47,755 nucleotides of DNA, taken from assembly GCA_040397635.1 (NCBI GenBank), contig JBBAVO010000001.1, positions 1 through 47,755 on the forward strand, read 5' to 3'. Numbering within the stretch: the stretch's first letter is position 1; the number at the start of each line of letters is the position of its first letter. The DNA is from Pirellulales bacterium (lineage in GTDB: Bacteria > Planctomycetota > Planctomycetia > Pirellulales > UBA1268). Below the pieces are notes generated by a model. It was given only the letters and a program-made list of their open reading frames with translations. It had not been told where the DNA came from and did no database searches. Positions 17,642 through 27,761 of this stretch are shown here, in pieces. A program made the position numbers and the translations under genes.

Positions 17642-18517
17642 ATGCCTGAATTACCTGAAGTCGAAACGATGCGTCGAGGAATCGCGCATCTGGCCGGGCT
17701 GCGAATCAAGAGCGCGACGTTTCCTCGCGGCACGGTGCGGCCTATCTCCCTTCAGCCCGCGGCCGGCGGCATGCAAAAGCGGCTTACGGGACGGCAGATC
17801 GCGGCGGTGCACCGGTTCGGCAAGCGGGTAGCGATCGAACTGGACGAACGGGAGCAGGTGGGCCGCGAGTGGCTGGTGATCGAACCGCGGATGACGGGGC
17901 TCTTGCTCGTGGCCGATCCGCCAACTCAAGCCCACCTGCGGATGGAAATCGGGCTCGAGTCGCGGCAGCACCCCCGCCTGCTGTTCTGGGACCGGCGAGG
18001 GCTGGGCACGATCCGGCTGCTCGACGCACGCGGCCTCTCCGCCGCCTGCGGCCCCGAGAGGCTCGGGCCCGACGGGCTTGCTGTCACGGGTGACGAGCTT
18101 CGCGACCGGCTGGGACAGTCTCGCCGCGCGGTGAAGGTGGCGCTGCTCGACCAGCAGGCCGTGGCGGGCATCGGCAACATCTACGCAGCGGAGATTCTCT
18201 TTGCGGCGGGCATCGATCCGCGGGTGCCATGCCGCCGACTGAGCGTTGCCCGCTGGGAGCAGATCGCGGCCGCCGCGCGGAGCATTCTCGCCGAGGCCGT
18301 CCGCATGGAGGGCTCGACAATCACAGACGAAACCTACAAGACCGCCGACAACCGCTCCGGGCAGTACCAGTTGCAGCACCGTGTCTACGGTCACGAGGGA
18401 GAGCCATGTCGCCAGTGCGGCACAGCCATCATGCGGATCGTTCAGACGCAGCGATCAACGTTTTTCTGTCCCGAGTGTCAGTGGCACCACCGGCGGCGAT
18501 GCCGTAGGCTTCCCTAA
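17642..18517 (+). CDS. mutM: formamidopyrimidine-DNA glycosylase
   Basis: N-terminal MPELPEVE (catalytic Pro2/Glu3), [20 protein letters not shown], and the C-terminal zinc finger [24 protein letters not shown]. Confidence 0.9.
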   Translation: MPELPEVETMRRGIAHLAGLRIKSATFPRGTVRPISLQPAAGGMQKRLTGRQIAAVHRFGKRVAIELDEREQVGREWLVIEPRMTGLLLVADPPTQAHLRMEIGLESRQHPRLLFWDRRGLGTIRLLDARGLSAACGPERLGPDGLAVTGDELRDRLGQSRRAVKVALLDQQAVAGIGNIYAAEILFAAGIDPRVPCRRLSVARWEQIAAAARSILAEAVRMEGSTITDETYKTADNRSGQYQLQHRVYGHEGEPCRQCGTAIMRIVQTQRSTFFCPECQWHHRRRCRRLP

Positions 18518-18544
18518 GGCTTTTTCACTCCGGAGGCTCTCGTC

Positions 18545-19573
18545 ATGCGAACGCCGATCCATTCCCTGCCACGTCGTCATTTTCTCGCCGGTAGTGCGGG
18601 TGCCGCCGCGGCAGCGCTGTCGCTTCCTGCAGGCTCCGGGAGTCTCTTTGGCGACGAGCCCGCCGCCGCAGTCGTGCAGCAATCGTCCGAGACCCTCGCC
18701 GGACTGCTGCACGCCTCGCTGTCGCCGCAGCAACGGAAAAAAGTCTGCTTTGCCTGGGATCATGTGCACCCCAAATTTGGTCTGCTCCGCACCAGGGTCG
18801 CCAACAACTGGAATGCCACCGAGCCCGACGTGGCGGGCAGCTTTTTTACTGGCGACCAGAAGCGACTCATCCGCGACATCTTCGAGCAGCTGATCGCACC
18901 CGAATGGCATGGCCGTTTCGACAAGCAGCTGGAGGACGATACCGGAGGCTTTGGGCACGGCCAGTCGATCGCCCTGATCGGAGAGCCCGGTTCGGGACAG
19001 TTTCAGTTTCTCCTCACCGGCCGGCACATGACGCTGCGGTGCGACGGCGACTCGGCCGAGCATGTCGCCTTCGGCGGACCGATCTTCTACGGCCATGACG
19101 CCGCTGGCGACACGGAGGAACCGAATCATCCCGGCAATGTGTTCTGGTCGCAGGCCGTGGCGGCAAACGGCGTGTTTGGGATGCTCGATGGCCGCCAGCG
19201 GTCGCAGGCCCTCGTCGATACGCTGCCCCGTGAGAACGCCGTCGCCTTCCGGGGCCGCGGCGGGGCAGCGCCCGGCATCCCGATGACCGCGCTCTCCGCC
19301 GACCAGCGGGCCGAAATGGATCGCGTGCTCGCTCTGCTCCTCGAACCGTTCCGTACCGCCGACCGGGCCGAAGCGAGGAAGTGTCTCGACACCCAGGGGG
19401 GCCTCGACGCCTGTCGGCTCGCCTTCTATCGCCCGGGTGACCTGGGCAACGACGGCGTCTGGGACTGCTGGCGGCTGGAGGGCCCGTCGTTCGTCTGGCA
19501 CTTCCGCGGCGCACCACACGTGCATGTCTGGGTGAACATCGCCGACACGCCCGACATCGCCACCAACGCCTGA
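18545..19573 (+). CDS. Tat-signal secreted protein, DUF3500-like (hypothetical)
   Basis: Twin-arginine signal (LPRRHFLAGSAGAAAAAL). Size and general pattern resemble DUF3500 proteins from memory only. No catalytic motif recognised. Confidence 0.5.
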   Translation: MRTPIHSLPRRHFLAGSAGAAAAALSLPAGSGSLFGDEPAAAVVQQSSETLAGLLHASLSPQQRKKVCFAWDHVHPKFGLLRTRVANNWNATEPDVAGSFFTGDQKRLIRDIFEQLIAPEWHGRFDKQLEDDTGGFGHGQSIALIGEPGSGQFQFLLTGRHMTLRCDGDSAEHVAFGGPIFYGHDAAGDTEEPNHPGNVFWSQAVAANGVFGMLDGRQRSQALVDTLPRENAVAFRGRGGAAPGIPMTALSADQRAEMDRVLALLLEPFRTADRAEARKCLDTQGGLDACRLAFYRPGDLGNDGVWDCWRLEGPSFVWHFRGAPHVHVWVNIADTPDIATNA

Positions 19574-19636
19574 CGTCGGCTGGCTGGCTGTGGAAATCGA
19601 CCTGAACCTCAAACTGAAACTGGACCTCGCTCCGGC

Positions 19637-20836
19637 ATGACAGACTGCTGCATCATCGGCGGAGGCATCATCGGACTGTCGATCGCCCGTGAGCTCGCCG
19701 GTCGCGGGCTCTCGGTCCGCCTGCTCGCCCGCGATGCCATCCGCGACACCGCCTCCTGGGCAGCAGCCGGTATTTTTCCACCAGCACCCGACTTTGCCGC
19801 CGCATCGGCGAACGAACGGCTGACGGCCTATTCCGATCGGCTCCACAGGACCTGGGCCGAGGAGCTCCGCTCCGAGACCGGCATCGACAACGAACTGCAG
19901 CAGTGCGGCGGCCTGCACCTCGCCCGGGACGAACGGGGCACGGCCCGCCTCCGCGAGGCGGCAATCGCCTGGCGGGCCAAGGGAACCCGCTGCGAGCAGC
20001 TCGCGCCCATCGATGTAGCCGCGCAGGAGCCGGCCCTGCGGGCGGCGGTCGAGCAGGGCAGGATCGCGAGCGGCCTCCTCTTGCCCGAGGAGATGAGGAT
20101 CCGTCCTCCGCGGCATCTGGAAGCGCTCGAGCGGTCTTGCCACATGCGGAGCGTGGAGATCACGCCGGCCGTTGACGTGCGATCGATCGATGTGCGTGAC
20201 GGCCGCATCGAGGGAATTCACATCGCCTCTGGTGGAGGTCGGGCAGCGACCGACACGGTGCGGGCCGACCGCTACTGCCTTGCGGCTGGCGCCTGGTCGG
20301 GACATCTCGCTGAATCGCTCGGGCTGCAGATCGAAACGCGGCCGATCCGCGGCCAGATCGCGCTCTTGCGGCTGCCCGAGCAGGTGCTCACACGGGTGGT
20401 GAACGTCGGTCTCGAGTATCTCGTTCCGCGTGCCGATGGCCGACTGCTGGCGGGCTCGACCATCGAGGATGCAGGCTTTGAAAAGATCACGACGCCGCAG
20501 ACAATCCAGCGACTGCTCGAGTTCGCGCATGCGATGCTCGGTCCGCTACCGAACGCAGCGATCGAGCAGTCGTGGGCCGGACTGCGGCCGGGCTCCGTCG
20601 ATGGGTGCCCCTTCATCGGTGCAGCACCGGCCTGCCGCAACGCCTTCGTCGCAGCCGGGCATTTCCGCGCCGGGCTGCATCAATCGACCGGCACGGCCGT
20701 CATGCTCGCTGACCTGATCACCGGCCGCTCACCGGCACTCGATCCCACGCCATTCGCCCCAGGCCGCCGCCCCGGCGCCGCCTCACCCGATTCGGTGCAG
20801 GCCTATCTCGCCCGGGCGGCCGAAGCATCGTCCTGA
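19637..20836 (+). CDS. FAD-dependent oxidoreductase, glycine oxidase (ThiO)/DAO family
   Basis: N-terminal dinucleotide fold DCCIIGGGIIGLSIARELAGRG, a PIRGQIALL motif typical of the DAO/ThiO family, and GHFRAGLHQSTG near the C-terminus. Confidence 0.7.
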   Translation: MTDCCIIGGGIIGLSIARELAGRGLSVRLLARDAIRDTASWAAAGIFPPAPDFAAASANERLTAYSDRLHRTWAEELRSETGIDNELQQCGGLHLARDERGTARLREAAIAWRAKGTRCEQLAPIDVAAQEPALRAAVEQGRIASGLLLPEEMRIRPPRHLEALERSCHMRSVEITPAVDVRSIDVRDGRIEGIHIASGGGRAATDTVRADRYCLAAGAWSGHLAESLGLQIETRPIRGQIALLRLPEQVLTRVVNVGLEYLVPRADGRLLAGSTIEDAGFEKITTPQTIQRLLEFAHAMLGPLPNAAIEQSWAGLRPGSVDGCPFIGAAPACRNAFVAAGHFRAGLHQSTGTAVMLADLITGRSPALDPTPFAPGRRPGAASPDSVQAYLARAAEASS

Positions 20837-20960
20837 CGACAGAAAGATGTCGCTTCAACAGGCCGAGGTGGCTGTCGACCCAATAAAAGCCCTGCGCGTA
20901 AGCGACGGGATGATGGGAACCTTCAGCTCGGAGTCCCTCGGCCTTCGCGATGTTCCCCAC

Positions 20961-21683
20961 TTACGCGGCGCTGAGGGAGAGCCGTCGATGGATCGCCTCG
21001 ACGTCATCCGGAGTGGGGTCACGACTCGGATCGGCGGCGGCGAGCATGGCGATCATCTCGGCCAGCCGCACCGCGATCGCGGGCACTCCGCCAGCGATCT
21101 CGTGGATTGTGCGAATCACGGCTTCTCCGTCCGACTCGGCGGCGTTGAACGCCAGCATAGGGCCGAGTACCCGACGCGATTCAGCCAGCGTGAACGTGGG
21201 CACCGTCGCCCGCAGCCGCACAGACTGTTCAAGCCTCGCATCACTGGCGACAAGCGATAGCAGTCGGCCCTCGCCGGCGAGCACGATCGCGATTCGCTCG
21301 TGCCGGCGCCGGCACCACTCGACGAACTCGACCAGCTCGGCAGTCACGGCCCGATGCGCATCGTCGATGAGCAGGACGTCGGGGAAGGAGTCGTCGTCAC
21401 TCGGGGCCGCCCCCATGCGGCCGGCAGCCAGATCCCCGCGATCGGCCCGGATGTCCGCCCATGACATGAGCCGGATGGTCTGCGACTTCGGCAGACCATT
21501 CGCAGCCATCAAACGAAGCACCGTCGTCTTGCCCACGCCCGCGGGCCCACACAGCAGTGCGATCGCGCCCGGCTGACCGGCCACGTAGGCCAGTTTTGCC
21601 ACGGCGGCCTCCTGGGGCCCGGTGGGCGGCAGAAACTCAGGGGAGGGCTGGTGTGTCGCGGTCAGTCGAGACATGGTCGGCAT
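20961..21683 (-). CDS. ExeA/GspA-like AAA ATPase (ATPase domain only)
   Basis: Walker A LLCGPAGVGKTT, Walker B-like VLLIDDAH, and LAGEGRLL...GGVPAIAVRL, which resembles the ExeA GG(I/V)PRxIN region. No TM or peptidoglycan-binding segment. Confidence 0.65.
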   Translation of the reverse strand: MPTMSRLTATHQPSPEFLPPTGPQEAAVAKLAYVAGQPGAIALLCGPAGVGKTTVLRLMAANGLPKSQTIRLMSWADIRADRGDLAAGRMGAAPSDDDSFPDVLLIDDAHRAVTAELVEFVEWCRRRHERIAIVLAGEGRLLSLVASDARLEQSVRLRATVPTFTLAESRRVLGPMLAFNAAESDGEAVIRTIHEIAGGVPAIAVRLAEMIAMLAAADPSRDPTPDDVEAIHRRLSLSAA

Positions 21684-21687
21684 CTCT

Positions 21688-22374
21688 TCAGTGGACCCGA
21701 ATGCCGGTCGTCGCCGGCGGCGTCATGGTGAGAACTTCCCCGAGAACTTTCAGCCCGACGGCCTCGAGTGCCGCGCCGCGGGCCGGACACGCCGGCTGAT
21801 CCGCACTGCGGACGAGGATGACGGCATGGCAGCCCAGGCTCTGCCGCTCCAGCCACGCCCGGCGGAGCGGACCTCCCGGAAACCAGACACCCGCATCGAC
21901 CAGCACGATGGTGCCACCCTCCCGGCCTACCGATGCCAGTTCCAGGGGCACGCGGTCGTGACACTCCACACGACGGCCACGGGCCATGAGCGCCCGGGCC
22001 AGGCACCCGACCAGCGTCGTCCGGCCTTCGCCACGGCGGGCGCCGGTGATGGCGATCACCTCGGCGCCGTCGCGTTGGGCATCCTCCACCCGCTTGGCGA
22101 GATGCGACCAGGCGTGGGGAACGACCCGCAGCAGCCTGTCAACCAGCGTGCCCATACCGTCGTCGTTGATCGGCTGCGGATGGATGGCGGCGGCGGGCAC
22201 CAGCGCAGCCGCTGCCGGCAGTGGAGCGATCACTTCGCTCACGGCCACCGCGGCGTTAGCCGCAGCAGCGTTGGAAAGTAACTGAGACGGCCGCGATGGG
22301 TGCCGACGCGCCCGGTCGGCATGCCATAGAAAGGCGCGATCGACCGCGTCAAGTGTGGCGGTGGCAGGCGTCAT
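21688..22374 (-). CDS. degenerate BY-kinase/MinD-ParA-like P-loop protein
   Basis: ITGARRGEGRTT matches the GEGK(S/T)T Walker A with Lys->Arg. IVLVDAG is Walker A'-like. The tail AVILVRSADQ...LKVLGEVLT resembles BY-kinases. No clear Walker B and no Tyr cluster. Confidence 0.5.
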   Translation of the reverse strand: MTPATATLDAVDRAFLWHADRARRHPSRPSQLLSNAAAANAAVAVSEVIAPLPAAAALVPAAAIHPQPINDDGMGTLVDRLLRVVPHAWSHLAKRVEDAQRDGAEVIAITGARRGEGRTTLVGCLARALMARGRRVECHDRVPLELASVGREGGTIVLVDAGVWFPGGPLRRAWLERQSLGCHAVILVRSADQPACPARGAALEAVGLKVLGEVLTMTPPATTGIRVH

Positions 22375-22760
22375 GGCGTGACGCTCCTCGCCGCACCGGC
22401 AGCCGCAGGGAGTTCCTGGGCCAGCCGTTCCGGCCGCTGCTGCCTGGCCGCCTCCAGCCTCAGCCGGTCGTTGCGCCAGGCAGCGGCCCAGAAAGCGGCC
22501 GCCACAGCCACCAAGGCGATGATGGATGGCGCGGGAAACCGAGTGGTCTGCGAACGGCGGACCACGGTGCGGCGTGGGGCAGGGGCAACACGCTCCGCGG
22601 CATCCGCATCCGTGTCAGCCGCCTGGGCTGCAGGCTCCTTGGTCGACACCTGCCCAGCGACCACTGCGCCCATATCCGCCGGCCGTAATGGCTCCGGAAC
22701 CGCCGCCGCCACGAAGCCAGCAGGGCATGAAAGCTCCGGAATGCAGGCTAAAACCTCCAT
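22371..22760 (-). CDS. hypothetical single-pass membrane protein
   Basis: Acidic N-terminus, a basic patch RRTVVRRSQTTR, the TM helix PSIIALVAVAAAFWAAAW, and a short Arg/Gln-rich tail. The stop overlaps the next gene's start in ATGA (22371-22374). An alternative start is M30. Confidence 0.45.
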   Translation of the reverse strand: MEVLACIPELSCPAGFVAAAVPEPLRPADMGAVVAGQVSTKEPAAQAADTDADAAERVAPAPRRTVVRRSQTTRFPAPSIIALVAVAAAFWAAAWRNDRLRLEAARQQRPERLAQELPAAAGAARSVTP

Positions 22761-22920
22761 GAACGTCGCTCACCCTCGACTTCCCCGAATTCCCCGTCTG
22801 AGCATCGTCGCCATGATGCGGGGCCCTTGAGCGCCGGGCCAGGCCGCCGGACGCCGCCCCCACCGCGGCAAGGTCTGCGGGGCTGACGCCCACCCGTCCC
22901 TGCGCAGTGCGCCTCTTTCA

Positions 22921-22963
22921 CCCAATCGTCTATTCTTGAGAGGCAAAGTATCATCCGATTGGG
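22921..22963. promoter_or_regulatory. 8-bp inverted repeat in the low-GC divergent control region upstream of metH
   Basis: CCCAATCG (22921-22928) and CGATTGGG (22956-22963) flank an AT-richer 27-nt segment containing TTGAGA. It is followed by GGGCAGGATATGCC, which resembles the GGCAGGATGCC palindromes at 27.9 kb. Confidence 0.25.
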
Positions 22964-23052
22964 CAGGATATGCCGATCCTCACTGATTCGATGACAGGCC
23001 CGCGGCCCAAGCCCAGATTCCATTCCGTTCTCACCGAGCCAAAAGACCTCTG

Positions 23053-26000
23053 ATGCCCCCTTCCAATCAGTCCGCCCGCGAAGCTTCCCTCCACGCCCTC
23101 CTGGCCAGCCGAATTGCCGTCCTCGACGGGGCGATGGGCACCATGGTGCACGCCCTGGGGCTCGACGAGCAGGGCTTCCGCGGGGCCCCGTTCCGCGATC
23201 ACCCCAAGGATTTGAAGAACTGCATCGATGTTCTCGTGCTCTCGCAGGGGGACGCGATCCGGGGCATCCATGCGGCGTATCTGGAGGCAGGCGCCGACAT
23301 CGTCGAGACCAACACGTTCGGGGCCACGAGCCTGGCCCTGGCCGACTTCGGTCTGGCCGACCGCACCCGCGAAATGAACCTCGCTGCAGCCCGGCTTGCC
23401 CGCGAGGCCGCCGACGCTGCGACCGCGAAGACGCCTGACCGTCCCCGCTTCGTGGCTGGTTCGATCGGGCCGACCAACAAACAGCTCTCGATCGCCGGCA
23501 ACGTCGCCGATCCCGGCCATCGCGATGTCACATTCGACCAGATGGTGGCCACCTACCGCGAACAGATCGAGGCACTGATCGAGGGAGGCGTCGACATTCT
23601 GCTGGCAGAGACCGCCTTCGACACCCTCGTGCTGAAGAGCTGCCTCTACGCCATCGAGCAGGTGTTCAGCGACACTGGAATCCGCCTGCCGGTGATGGCG
23701 TCGTTTACCGTCTTCGAGGGGGGCCGCACACTCTCTGCGCAGACGGTCGAAGCCTGCTGGACGAGCCTGAGCCACGTCGACCTCCTGACCGTGGGCGTCA
23801 ACTGCGCCCTCGGCCCCGAAAAGCTGCGGACGTACCTGGCCGAGCTGTCGAGGATCACCCCCCGGCTGGTCAGCTGCTATCCCAACGCCGGCCTCCCCAA
23901 CGCGCTGGGTGGCTTCGACGAGACGCCAGAGGCGATGGCAGCGGTACTCGGCGAATTCGCGCGGGAGGGCTGGCTCAACATCATCGGCGGCTGCTGCGGC
24001 ACGACGCCGGCCCACATCAAGGCGATCGCCGAGGAAGTTGCGAAGTATCCGCCTCGAAAGCCCGCGACGCCCGAGCGACGAAGCCGGTATTCCGGCCTCG
24101 AAATGCTCGAACTCCGCCCGGAGAGCAGCTTCACGGTGATCGGTGAACGGACCAACGTTACCGGCTCGCGGGCCTTTGCCCGACTCATCAAGGAGGAACG
24201 CTACGAGGAGGCCCTCAGCGTCGCCCGGCAGCAGGTCGAAAACGGCGCCAACATCATCGACGTCAACGTCGATGAGGGGATGCTCGACGGCCCCGCCGTG
24301 ATGACGAAGTTTCTCACGCTCCTCTCCAGCGAGCCGGACGTCGCCCGCGTGCCCGTGATGGTGGATAGCTCGCGGTTTGAGGTTCTGGAAGCTGGACTCA
24401 AGTGCGTCCAGGGCAAGGGCATCGTCAACTCCATCAGTCTCAAGGAGGGGGAGGAGACGTTCCTGAGGCACGCGAGGACGATCCGCCGCTACGGTGCCGC
24501 CGTCGTGGTCATGGCCTTCGACGAGGAAGGGCAGGCCACCGACGTCGAACGCCGCGTGGCGATCTGCAAGCGGGCCTACAAACTGCTCACCGAGCAGGCC
24601 GGCTTCCTTCCTGAAGACATCATCTTCGACCCCAATATCCTCACGGTGGCCACCGGCATCGAGGAACACAATCGCTATGCCCTCAACTTCATCGAGGCGA
24701 CCCGCCTGATCAAGAAGGCGATGCCACTGGTGAAGGTGTCGGGGGGTGTCAGCAACATCTCCTTCTCTTTCCGCGGCAACGAGACGGTCCGTGAGGCGAT
24801 GCACTCGGCGTTCCTCTACCACGCCATCCAGGCCGGCATGGACATGGGCATCGTCAACGCGGGCCAACTGGCGGTCTATCAGGACATCGACAAGGACCTC
24901 CTGGAACGCATCGAGGACGTGCTCTTCGACCGCCGCCCCGAAGCCACCGACCGGCTCATCGAATACGCCGAGACGGTCAAGAAGCGGGATCCCGCCGACA
25001 CGGCCAAGGCCGATGCCTGGCGGAGTCTCGACGTCGAGGCCCGGCTGGCACACGCCCTCGTGAAGGGCATGGCCGACCATGTGGAAGAGGACGTCGAGGA
25101 TGCCCGGAAGCACTATGCCACAAGCCTGGAAATCATCGAAGGCCCGCTGATGCGGGGCATGCAGACGGTCGGCGACCTGTTCGGCGAAGGGAAGATGTTC
25201 CTGCCACAGGTGGTGAAGAGCGCCCGCGTCATGAAGCGGGCCGTCAACCATCTCCTGCCCTACATGGAGGAGGAGCGGAAGGCGCAGGGAGCGGCGGCGG
25301 TAAAACGCGGCCGCGTGCTGATGGCCACCGTCAAGGGAGACGTGCACGACATCGGCAAGAACATCGTCGGCGTCGTGTTGGGCTGCAACGGCTACGAGGT
25401 GATCGACCTGGGCGTGATGGTGCCCTGCACGAAGATCATCGAGGAGGCCAAGGCCCAGCAAGTAGATATCGTCGGCCTCAGTGGCCTGATCACGCCGAGC
25501 CTCGACGAAATGGTGCAGGTGGCTCAGGAGTTCGAGCACGAAGGGCTGAAACTGCCTCTCCTGATCGGCGGCGCGACCACTTCGGCCCGGCACACTGCGG
25601 TAAAGATCGCCCCCAAATACACCGGCGACGTCATCCATGTCACCGACGCCTCGCGGGCCGCCGGCGTCGTCGAGAAACTACTCAATCCGAACTCACGCAC
25701 GGCCTTCGCGCAGGCAAATCGCGAGGCGCAGAAACGCGACGTCGAGAACTTCAAGCAGCGTCAGCAGACGAAACTCGTGCCCTACGAGACGGCCTGCGCC
25801 AAGCGGTGGACAACCGACTGGGCGACCACCACCATCGACACACCCGAGTTCGTCGGAGTGCGGCAGATCAATCGCGTGCCGCTGGCCGATCTGGTTCCCT
25901 TCATCGACTGGTCGCCGTTCTTCATGTCGTGGGAACTGAAGGGGAAGTATCCGCAGATCTTCACCGATCCGGTCGTGGGTACGGAGGCCAAAAAGCTCTT

Positions 26001-26751
26001 TGACGACGCCCAGCACCTGCTCGGAATGATCATTCGAGAGGATGCCCTCGTTTCGAAGGCCGTCTACGGTTTCTTTCCCGCCAACTCGGCCGGCGACGAC
26101 ATCGTGCTGTTTACCGACGACACGCGTTCCGCCGAAGTTGGCCGCGTTCACACGCTCCGTCAGCAGTGGGAACGCAAGGGGCAGGACGTATTTCACGCCC
26201 TCGCCGACTTCGTGGCGCCGCTGGAGAGCGGCCGCAAGGACTACATCGGCGCGTTCGCCTGCACCACAGGGCATGGCTGCGACGAACTCTGCGCGCGATA
26301 CGAACGCGACCAAGACGACTACTCGTCGATTCTGGTGAAGGCCATCGCCGATCGGCTGGCCGAGGCCTGCGCCGAATGGCTGCACGCGAAGGTTCGCCGG
26401 GAATGGAGCTACGGCCGAGACGAGTCCCTCTCGACCGACGACCTGATCGAGGAGAAATATCGGGGCATCCGGCCGGCCCCCGGTTATCCGGCCTGCCCGG
26501 ATCACACGGAAAAGCAGGCGATCTTTCAGTGGCTCGACGCCGGCAATGCCGCCGGCATTTCGCTGACGGAGAGCTTTGCGATGTTTCCAGCTGCCAGCGT
26601 GAGCGGACTCTACTTCGGCCATCCCGACAGCCGATACTTCGCAGTGGACCGCATCACCCGCGATCAGGTGGAGTCATACGCGGCCCGCAAGGGCATGGCG
26701 GTGGCCGAGATCGAACGGTGGCTGTCGCCCAACCTTGGCTACGACGCGTAA
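23053..26751 (+). CDS. metH: cobalamin-dependent methionine synthase
   Basis: 1232 aa. Hcy-binding GGCCGTTP, a pterin-binding region, the B12-binding [13 protein letters not shown] (DxHxxG) motif with [10 protein letters not shown], and a C-terminal AdoMet activation domain ([12 protein letters not shown]). Confidence 0.95.
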   Translation: MPPSNQSAREASLHALLASRIAVLDGAMGTMVHALGLDEQGFRGAPFRDHPKDLKNCIDVLVLSQGDAIRGIHAAYLEAGADIVETNTFGATSLALADFGLADRTREMNLAAARLAREAADAATAKTPDRPRFVAGSIGPTNKQLSIAGNVADPGHRDVTFDQMVATYREQIEALIEGGVDILLAETAFDTLVLKSCLYAIEQVFSDTGIRLPVMASFTVFEGGRTLSAQTVEACWTSLSHVDLLTVGVNCALGPEKLRTYLAELSRITPRLVSCYPNAGLPNALGGFDETPEAMAAVLGEFAREGWLNIIGGCCGTTPAHIKAIAEEVAKYPPRKPATPERRSRYSGLEMLELRPESSFTVIGERTNVTGSRAFARLIKEERYEEALSVARQQVENGANIIDVNVDEGMLDGPAVMTKFLTLLSSEPDVARVPVMVDSSRFEVLEAGLKCVQGKGIVNSISLKEGEETFLRHARTIRRYGAAVVVMAFDEEGQATDVERRVAICKRAYKLLTEQAGFLPEDIIFDPNILTVATGIEEHNRYALNFIEATRLIKKAMPLVKVSGGVSNISFSFRGNETVREAMHSAFLYHAIQAGMDMGIVNAGQLAVYQDIDKDLLERIEDVLFDRRPEATDRLIEYAETVKKRDPADTAKADAWRSLDVEARLAHALVKGMADHVEEDVEDARKHYATSLEIIEGPLMRGMQTVGDLFGEGKMFLPQVVKSARVMKRAVNHLLPYMEEERKAQGAAAVKRGRVLMATVKGDVHDIGKNIVGVVLGCNGYEVIDLGVMVPCTKIIEEAKAQQVDIVGLSGLITPSLDEMVQVAQEFEHEGLKLPLLIGGATTSARHTAVKIAPKYTGDVIHVTDASRAAGVVEKLLNPNSRTAFAQANREAQKRDVENFKQRQQTKLVPYETACAKRWTTDWATTTIDTPEFVGVRQINRVPLADLVPFIDWSPFFMSWELKGKYPQIFTDPVVGTEAKKLFDDAQHLLGMIIREDALVSKAVYGFFPANSAGDDIVLFTDDTRSAEVGRVHTLRQQWERKGQDVFHALADFVAPLESGRKDYIGAFACTTGHGCDELCARYERDQDDYSSILVKAIADRLAEACAEWLHAKVRREWSYGRDESLSTDDLIEEKYRGIRPAPGYPACPDHTEKQAIFQWLDAGNAAGISLTESFAMFPAASVSGLYFGHPDSRYFAVDRITRDQVESYAARKGMAVAEIERWLSPNLGYDA

Positions 26752-26777
26752 GCTGCGAACGCTCCCCGAACGCTCCC

Positions 26778-27746
26778 ATGACCGCACACGAGAAGCCTGG
26801 TCGCAGACCCCGCCGGGTGATTCTCGACACCGGCCCGGCGGCGGCAGAGGAGGGGGGATCGACCGGCATCCTCGTGCGGCGGTTTCTGGAGTACGTCCGC
26901 CACGAGCGGGCTCTCTCCGAAAATACCCAGGAGGCCTACCGCCGCGATCTGCGGGATTTCTCTGCCTGGTTGGCAGACGGCAATCCGGCACGGCTCTCCG
27001 TGCGGGAGCTGGGCGACTACCTGGCGGCCCTCGACAGACGCGGACTGGCGCGGGCCAGCGTGGCCCGTCAGGCGGCAACCCTCCGCACCTTCTATGCGTT
27101 TCTCCAACTCGAGGGAGTCGTGCGGGAGAGCCCCGCCGAACTGCTCACGGCCGGTCGCCGTGCCGACGTCATCCCCGGCACGCTCTCGCCTGATCAGGTG
27201 GACCGTCTGCTCGAGAGCCCGGACGCAGCCACTCCGTCTGGCCGAAGGGATAAGGCCCTGTTGGAACTGCTCTATGCCACCGGCTGCCGGGCATCGGAGG
27301 TGTCGGCGCTGCGGCTGACCGATGTCCATCTGGGGGAAAGCTTCTGCACCTGTCGCGGCAAGGGAGACAAGGAGCGGGTCGTGCCACTCGGCAGACGGGC
27401 GATCGCGGCCCTGCGGGCATGGATCGACGGTCCGCGGCCGGCTATCGCCGCCCGCGCAGGCTCCAGCCCTGCCTGGGTGATCCTCTCCACGCGGGGCAAC
27501 CGCCTCTCACGCATGCGGATCTGGGAGATCGTTCGGCTTCACGCCGACAAGGCGGGGGTGCCGCCCGACATCGGCCCCCACACGCTTCGCCACAGCTTCG
27601 CCACCCACCTGGTGGCCGGCGGCGTCGATCTGCGGCACGTGCAGGAGATGCTCGGCCACGCCAGCATCGCGACGACGCAGCGGTACACCCACGTCGACGC
27701 CAGCCGCCTGCGAAGCGTGCACGAAAAGTTCCATCCCCGTCGGTGA
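26778..27746 (+). CDS. xerD: site-specific tyrosine recombinase, XerD-like
   Basis: ATG at 26778. LSENTQEAYRRDL and GKGDKERVVPLG match the XerD-type N-terminal and core motifs. HTLRHSFATHL, LGHASIATTQRYTHV and the C-terminal RLRSVHEKFHPR supply the R-H-R-Y catalytic set. The upstream 204 aa of ORF 26166.. overlap metH. Confidence 0.8.
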   Translation: MTAHEKPGRRPRRVILDTGPAAAEEGGSTGILVRRFLEYVRHERALSENTQEAYRRDLRDFSAWLADGNPARLSVRELGDYLAALDRRGLARASVARQAATLRTFYAFLQLEGVVRESPAELLTAGRRADVIPGTLSPDQVDRLLESPDAATPSGRRDKALLELLYATGCRASEVSALRLTDVHLGESFCTCRGKGDKERVVPLGRRAIAALRAWIDGPRPAIAARAGSSPAWVILSTRGNRLSRMRIWEIVRLHADKAGVPPDIGPHTLRHSFATHLVAGGVDLRHVQEMLGHASIATTQRYTHVDASRLRSVHEKFHPRR

Positions 27747-27761
27747 CGCGGTGGGCTGTGT

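Noticed and set aside
18455-20530. 691-aa minus-strand ORF.
   Set aside because: It is antisense to the DUF3500-like and ThiO-like genes, both of which have clear signal or dinucleotide-fold motifs on the plus strand.
22761-23052. Possible cobalamin, SAM or SAH riboswitch in the metH leader.
   Set aside because: I could not find the B12 box or the SAM/SAH conserved cores by eye. Only an inverted repeat is visible. An Infernal scan is needed before any riboswitch claim.
22951-25638. 895-aa minus-strand ORF, the longest unexplained ORF in the track.
   Set aside because: It is entirely antisense to metH, whose plus-strand reading has unmistakable motifs. The translation is Arg/Gly/His/Asp-rich with no recognisable domain, the typical high-GC shadow ORF.
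26166-26777. N-terminal 204 aa of the 526-aa ORF that ends as XerD.
   Set aside because: This part overlaps the metH 3' end in another frame. The recombinase homology begins only after ATG 26778.
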